From the UHGV virus genome UHGV-0150596: a stretch of 36,996 nt of DNA; one strand, 5' to 3'. The DNA is from a virus. Positions 34,588-36,996 of this stretch are shown here, piece by piece (the first letter of the stretch is position 1; every line of letters starts with the position of its first letter). The notes beneath the pieces are model-generated. The model had not been told where the DNA came from. It made no database searches and saw nothing but the letters and a program-made list of their open reading frames with translations. Made by a program: the position numbers and the translations under genes.

Positions 34588-34680
34588 AAAAAACCGCATC
34601 TGCGGCAACAGGTGCGGTTTCAACAGTAAAACAAACATTTAAATTGCTATTAGTGTAGCAGAAACGGAGAAAAAACACAA
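34588..34680 (-). promoter_or_regulatory. Antisense promoter plus hairpin/terminator cassette upstream of yqaJ
   Basis: Minus TTGTGT-N17-TACACT with extended TG; 12-bp stem 34591-34620 with loop TTGCCG and a T-run on the minus strand. Confidence 0.5.
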
Positions 34681-35618
34681 TGAATGCAAAACTCATCATG
34701 ACAGTAGAGGAAATGAAAGACCACAAGGCATGGGAAAAACTTCGGAACATCGGGATCGGCGGTAGTGACGCTGCTATCATAGCCGGACTCAATCGGTGGA
34801 AATCACCGTTCAAGTTATGGCAAGAAAAGACCGGACAGGTAGAGCCTGAAGACCTCTCAGATAATGAGTACGTATATTGGGGGACGGTCCTGGAACAGGC
34901 GGTTTCGGATCGGTTTACTGAGCTTACAGGATTAAAAGTAAAGAAATGCGGAACCCTTCAATCGCTCGATTACCCGTTTATGATAGCCAACGTCGACCGC
35001 CTGGTCGTAGGCGAAAACGCCGGCCTGGAATGCAAGACGGCCAACGGCTTTAAGGCCAAAGAGTGGGAAGGCGACAACGTTCCCGACGGGTATTATCTCC
35101 AATGCCAACACTATATGGCAGTTACAGGCTGCGAAAAGTGGTATATCGCTTGCCTCATAGGGGGTAACCACTTTGTGTGGAAGGAAATACCCAGGAACGA
35201 GGAAGATATAACCGCACTGATAGCAGCCGAGAAGGCGTTTTGGGAAGACAACGTACAGGGCGGTATCATGCCGGATGTAGACGGTAGCAAGAGTTGTTCC
35301 CAGGCCTTGGCCGAACGATTCCCGGGAGGCGTGACAGACAGCATCACATTGCCGAAGGAAGCGGACGAACTGTTGGCCGAAATTGACGAATTGAACGAGG
35401 CGGCCGACAGAATCAAGGAGCAAATCGAAAGCAAGAAGAACGGCATCAAGCTAATACTTGGCGACAATGAAATCGCTTACGCCGGTGAACGTAAAGTCAC
35501 CTGGAAGACGCAAGCCGGACGGGTCACGGTCGACAGCAAGAAGCTAAAAGCCGAAATGCCGGAAGTATACGAGAAGTACAGCAAGCAAGGCAATCCGATA
35601 AGAGTATTCAAAATCTAG
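34680..35618 (+). CDS. yqaJ: YqaJ-like viral recombinase exonuclease
   Basis: R..GIGGSD...WG..LE...ANVDR...LECKT...YY.Q.QHY. Confidence 0.93.
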   Translation: MNAKLIMTVEEMKDHKAWEKLRNIGIGGSDAAIIAGLNRWKSPFKLWQEKTGQVEPEDLSDNEYVYWGTVLEQAVSDRFTELTGLKVKKCGTLQSLDYPFMIANVDRLVVGENAGLECKTANGFKAKEWEGDNVPDGYYLQCQHYMAVTGCEKWYIACLIGGNHFVWKEIPRNEEDITALIAAEKAFWEDNVQGGIMPDVDGSKSCSQALAERFPGGVTDSITLPKEADELLAEIDELNEAADRIKEQIESKKNGIKLILGDNEIAYAGERKVTWKTQAGRVTVDSKKLKAEMPEVYEKYSKQGNPIRVFKI

Positions 35619-35631
35619 GAGGTAATCAATT

Positions 35632-36501
35632 ATGGCAACAACAAAAGGCGGCATCATGACAACGAAAGCGAACAACAAACCGGACGGAGTAAAGAGCATG
35701 AAGGACCTCGTCGTCAGCATGGGCGACCAAATTCAAAAGGCGTTACCGACAGTCATCACGGGTGAGAGATTCACCCGTATGGTACTTACGGCGATGAGCA
35801 GCAACCCTCAATTACAGCAATGCACACCGAAATCGTTCCTGGGGGCGATGATGCAGGCGGCACAACTTGGCGTAGAGCCTAACACTCCGCTCGGTCAGGC
35901 ATATCTCATCCCGTATAAGAATAAAGGCACGCTAGAATGCCAATTTCAGCTAGGATACAAAGGCCTTATCGACCTGGCGTACCGGAGCGGAGAGGTCCGG
36001 GATATACAAGCACACGAGGTACACGAGAACGACGAGTTTGAATACGAATTAGGACTCGAACCGAAGCTCCGGCACGTACCGGCCACCAGTAACCGGGGTG
36101 CGGTCATTGCCTACTATGCCGTATTTCACACGAAGGATGGCGGTTACGGATTCGAGGTTATGAGTGCCGAAGATGTCCGCAATCACGCTAAGAAGCACAG
36201 CCAAGCATACGGAAGTAATTACAGTCCGTGGGCAAAGAACTTTGACGAAATGGCAAAAAAGACCGTTCTCAAGAAGTGCTTAAAATATGCACCGCTTAAG
36301 ACCGAATTCGTCCGGGAAATGAGTGCAGACGGCACTATCAAGAAGAACATAACACCGGACATGACCGCCGAACCGGATGAAACGGACTATATAGACGCAG
36401 AAGCGGAAACAGTACCGGACAATGTAGACCCGGCAACAGGCGAAATCAAGACGGAGCAAGAAGAGAAAGACGATGCGATTTTATCAGCATCGATGAACTA
36501 G
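35632..36501 (+). CDS. recT: RecT-family single-strand annealing protein
   Basis: AAQLG.EP...LGQAYLIPY...QFQLGYKGLIDLAYRSG...W...FDEMAKKTV. Confidence 0.95.
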   Translation: MATTKGGIMTTKANNKPDGVKSMKDLVVSMGDQIQKALPTVITGERFTRMVLTAMSSNPQLQQCTPKSFLGAMMQAAQLGVEPNTPLGQAYLIPYKNKGTLECQFQLGYKGLIDLAYRSGEVRDIQAHEVHENDEFEYELGLEPKLRHVPATSNRGAVIAYYAVFHTKDGGYGFEVMSAEDVRNHAKKHSQAYGSNYSPWAKNFDEMAKKTVLKKCLKYAPLKTEFVREMSADGTIKKNITPDMTAEPDETDYIDAEAETVPDNVDPATGEIKTEQEEKDDAILSASMN

Positions 36502-36518
36502 GAAAGGAAGCGGAGAAA

Positions 36519-36540
36519 GGGCCGGAGCAACTCCCGGCCC
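36519..36540 (+). other. GC-rich hairpin between recT and the initiator gene
   Basis: GGGCCGG-AGCAACTC-CCGGCCC, no U-tract. Confidence 0.55.
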
Positions 36541-36562
36541 GAACCCGTTACAGGGCAAACGA

Positions 36563-36996
36563 ATGGCAGAACGGCGAATGATAGCCAAGAGCATTATCAA
36601 ATCAGATCAGTTTTTAGACATGCCGGCAACAACGCAGTGCTTGTACTTTCATTTGTTACTAGAAGCCGACGATGACGGTTTTATCAACGCACCTAAATCA
36701 ATAATGCGAGTGATTGGGGCTAAGGATGATGACATGCGTGTGTTACAGGCCAAGGGATACATCATTCCTTTTGAAAGCGGTGTAATCGTTATTAAGCACT
36801 GGAGATTGCACAACAGCTTGCGAAAAGACAGGTATAATCCCAATCCGCAGCTAGAGAATGAACGTAAACAACTGGTTGTTGCCGACAATAAAGAATACCA
36901 ATTGGCAACCAACTGGCAACCGAATGGCAACCAATTGGCAACCAGTGGTATACCGTTGGTTGCCACAGGTAAGGATAGGTTAGGTAAGGATAGGTT
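36563..36996 (+). CDS. Replisome organizer/replication initiator, N-terminal part (wraps to 2-403)
   Basis: MAERRMIAKSIIKSDQFLDMP.TTQ.LYFHL...ADDDGF...VIKHWR.HN..RKDRY; no stop before the window end. Confidence 0.9.
   Translation, partial: MAERRMIAKSIIKSDQFLDMPATTQCLYFHLLLEADDDGFINAPKSIMRVIGAKDDDMRVLQAKGYIIPFESGVIVIKHWRLHNSLRKDRYNPNPQLENERKQLVVADNKEYQLATNWQPNGNQLATSGIPLVATGKDRLGKDR
36903..36965 (+). repeat. Iteron-like repeats, probable replication origin
   Basis: TGGCAACC at 36903, 36914, 36925, 36936 (11-bp period) and an inverted copy GGTTGCCA at 36958. Confidence 0.75.
36967..36996 (+). repeat. Terminal overlap identical to 1-30
   Basis: Exact 30-nt match. Confidence 0.95.

Larger units (their letters stand above)
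1..36996. mobile_element. Complete, circularly assembled temperate siphophage genome (excised/episomal or virion form)
   Basis: Full ordered set of replication, packaging, head, tail, lysis, integrase and cI/cro modules; no host genes; 30-nt terminal overlap; one ORF reads in frame across the junction. Confidence 0.95.

Noticed and set aside
34561..34629. 22-aa ORF MSTVRKTTKKKPHLRQQVRFQQ as a leader peptide
   Set aside because: Only an ATGA overlap supports it; its sequence is dictated by the hairpin
36967..36996. Terminal repeat as a biological direct terminal repeat or att core
   Set aside because: It falls inside a tandem repeat in the middle of a gene; best explained as assembly overlap of a circle

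Overview
The window looks like one complete temperate siphophage genome of about 37 kb, assembled as a circle. The last 30 nt (36967-36996) repeat the first 30 nt, and the replication-initiator gene reads in frame across that junction. Gene order: replication/early genes (replisome organizer, SSB, RusA, ArpU/RinA-like late activator), a ParB-DNA methyltransferase split at a G9 tract, terminase, portal, MuF minor head protein with a C-terminal Ntox50-like toxin and a probable immunity gene, scaffold, capsid, head-tail genes, and a non-contractile tail (TP901-1-type tube, -1 frameshifted chaperone, tape measure, GTA/lambda-like tail tip). Then come the lysis genes, a small-peptide moron, a large serine integrase, two accessory genes, the cI/cro switch, antirepressor and YqaJ/RecT. 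Firmicute-style signals plus a diderm-type tail tip suggest a Negativicutes host (inference only). Most notable: (1) a putative late-promoter leader sRNA whose 5' end is complementary to the ribosome-binding sites of both lysogeny-operon accessory genes; (2) a type I toxin-antitoxin-like peptide module with convergent promoters; (3) the MuF toxin with a promoter inside it for the immunity gene; (4) a probable attP inside the integrase 3' end; (5) a lysis-cassette protein with the topology of an inverted unimolecular spanin; (6) a possibly phase-variable methyltransferase. Family names come from motif recognition by eye; no database searches were run.
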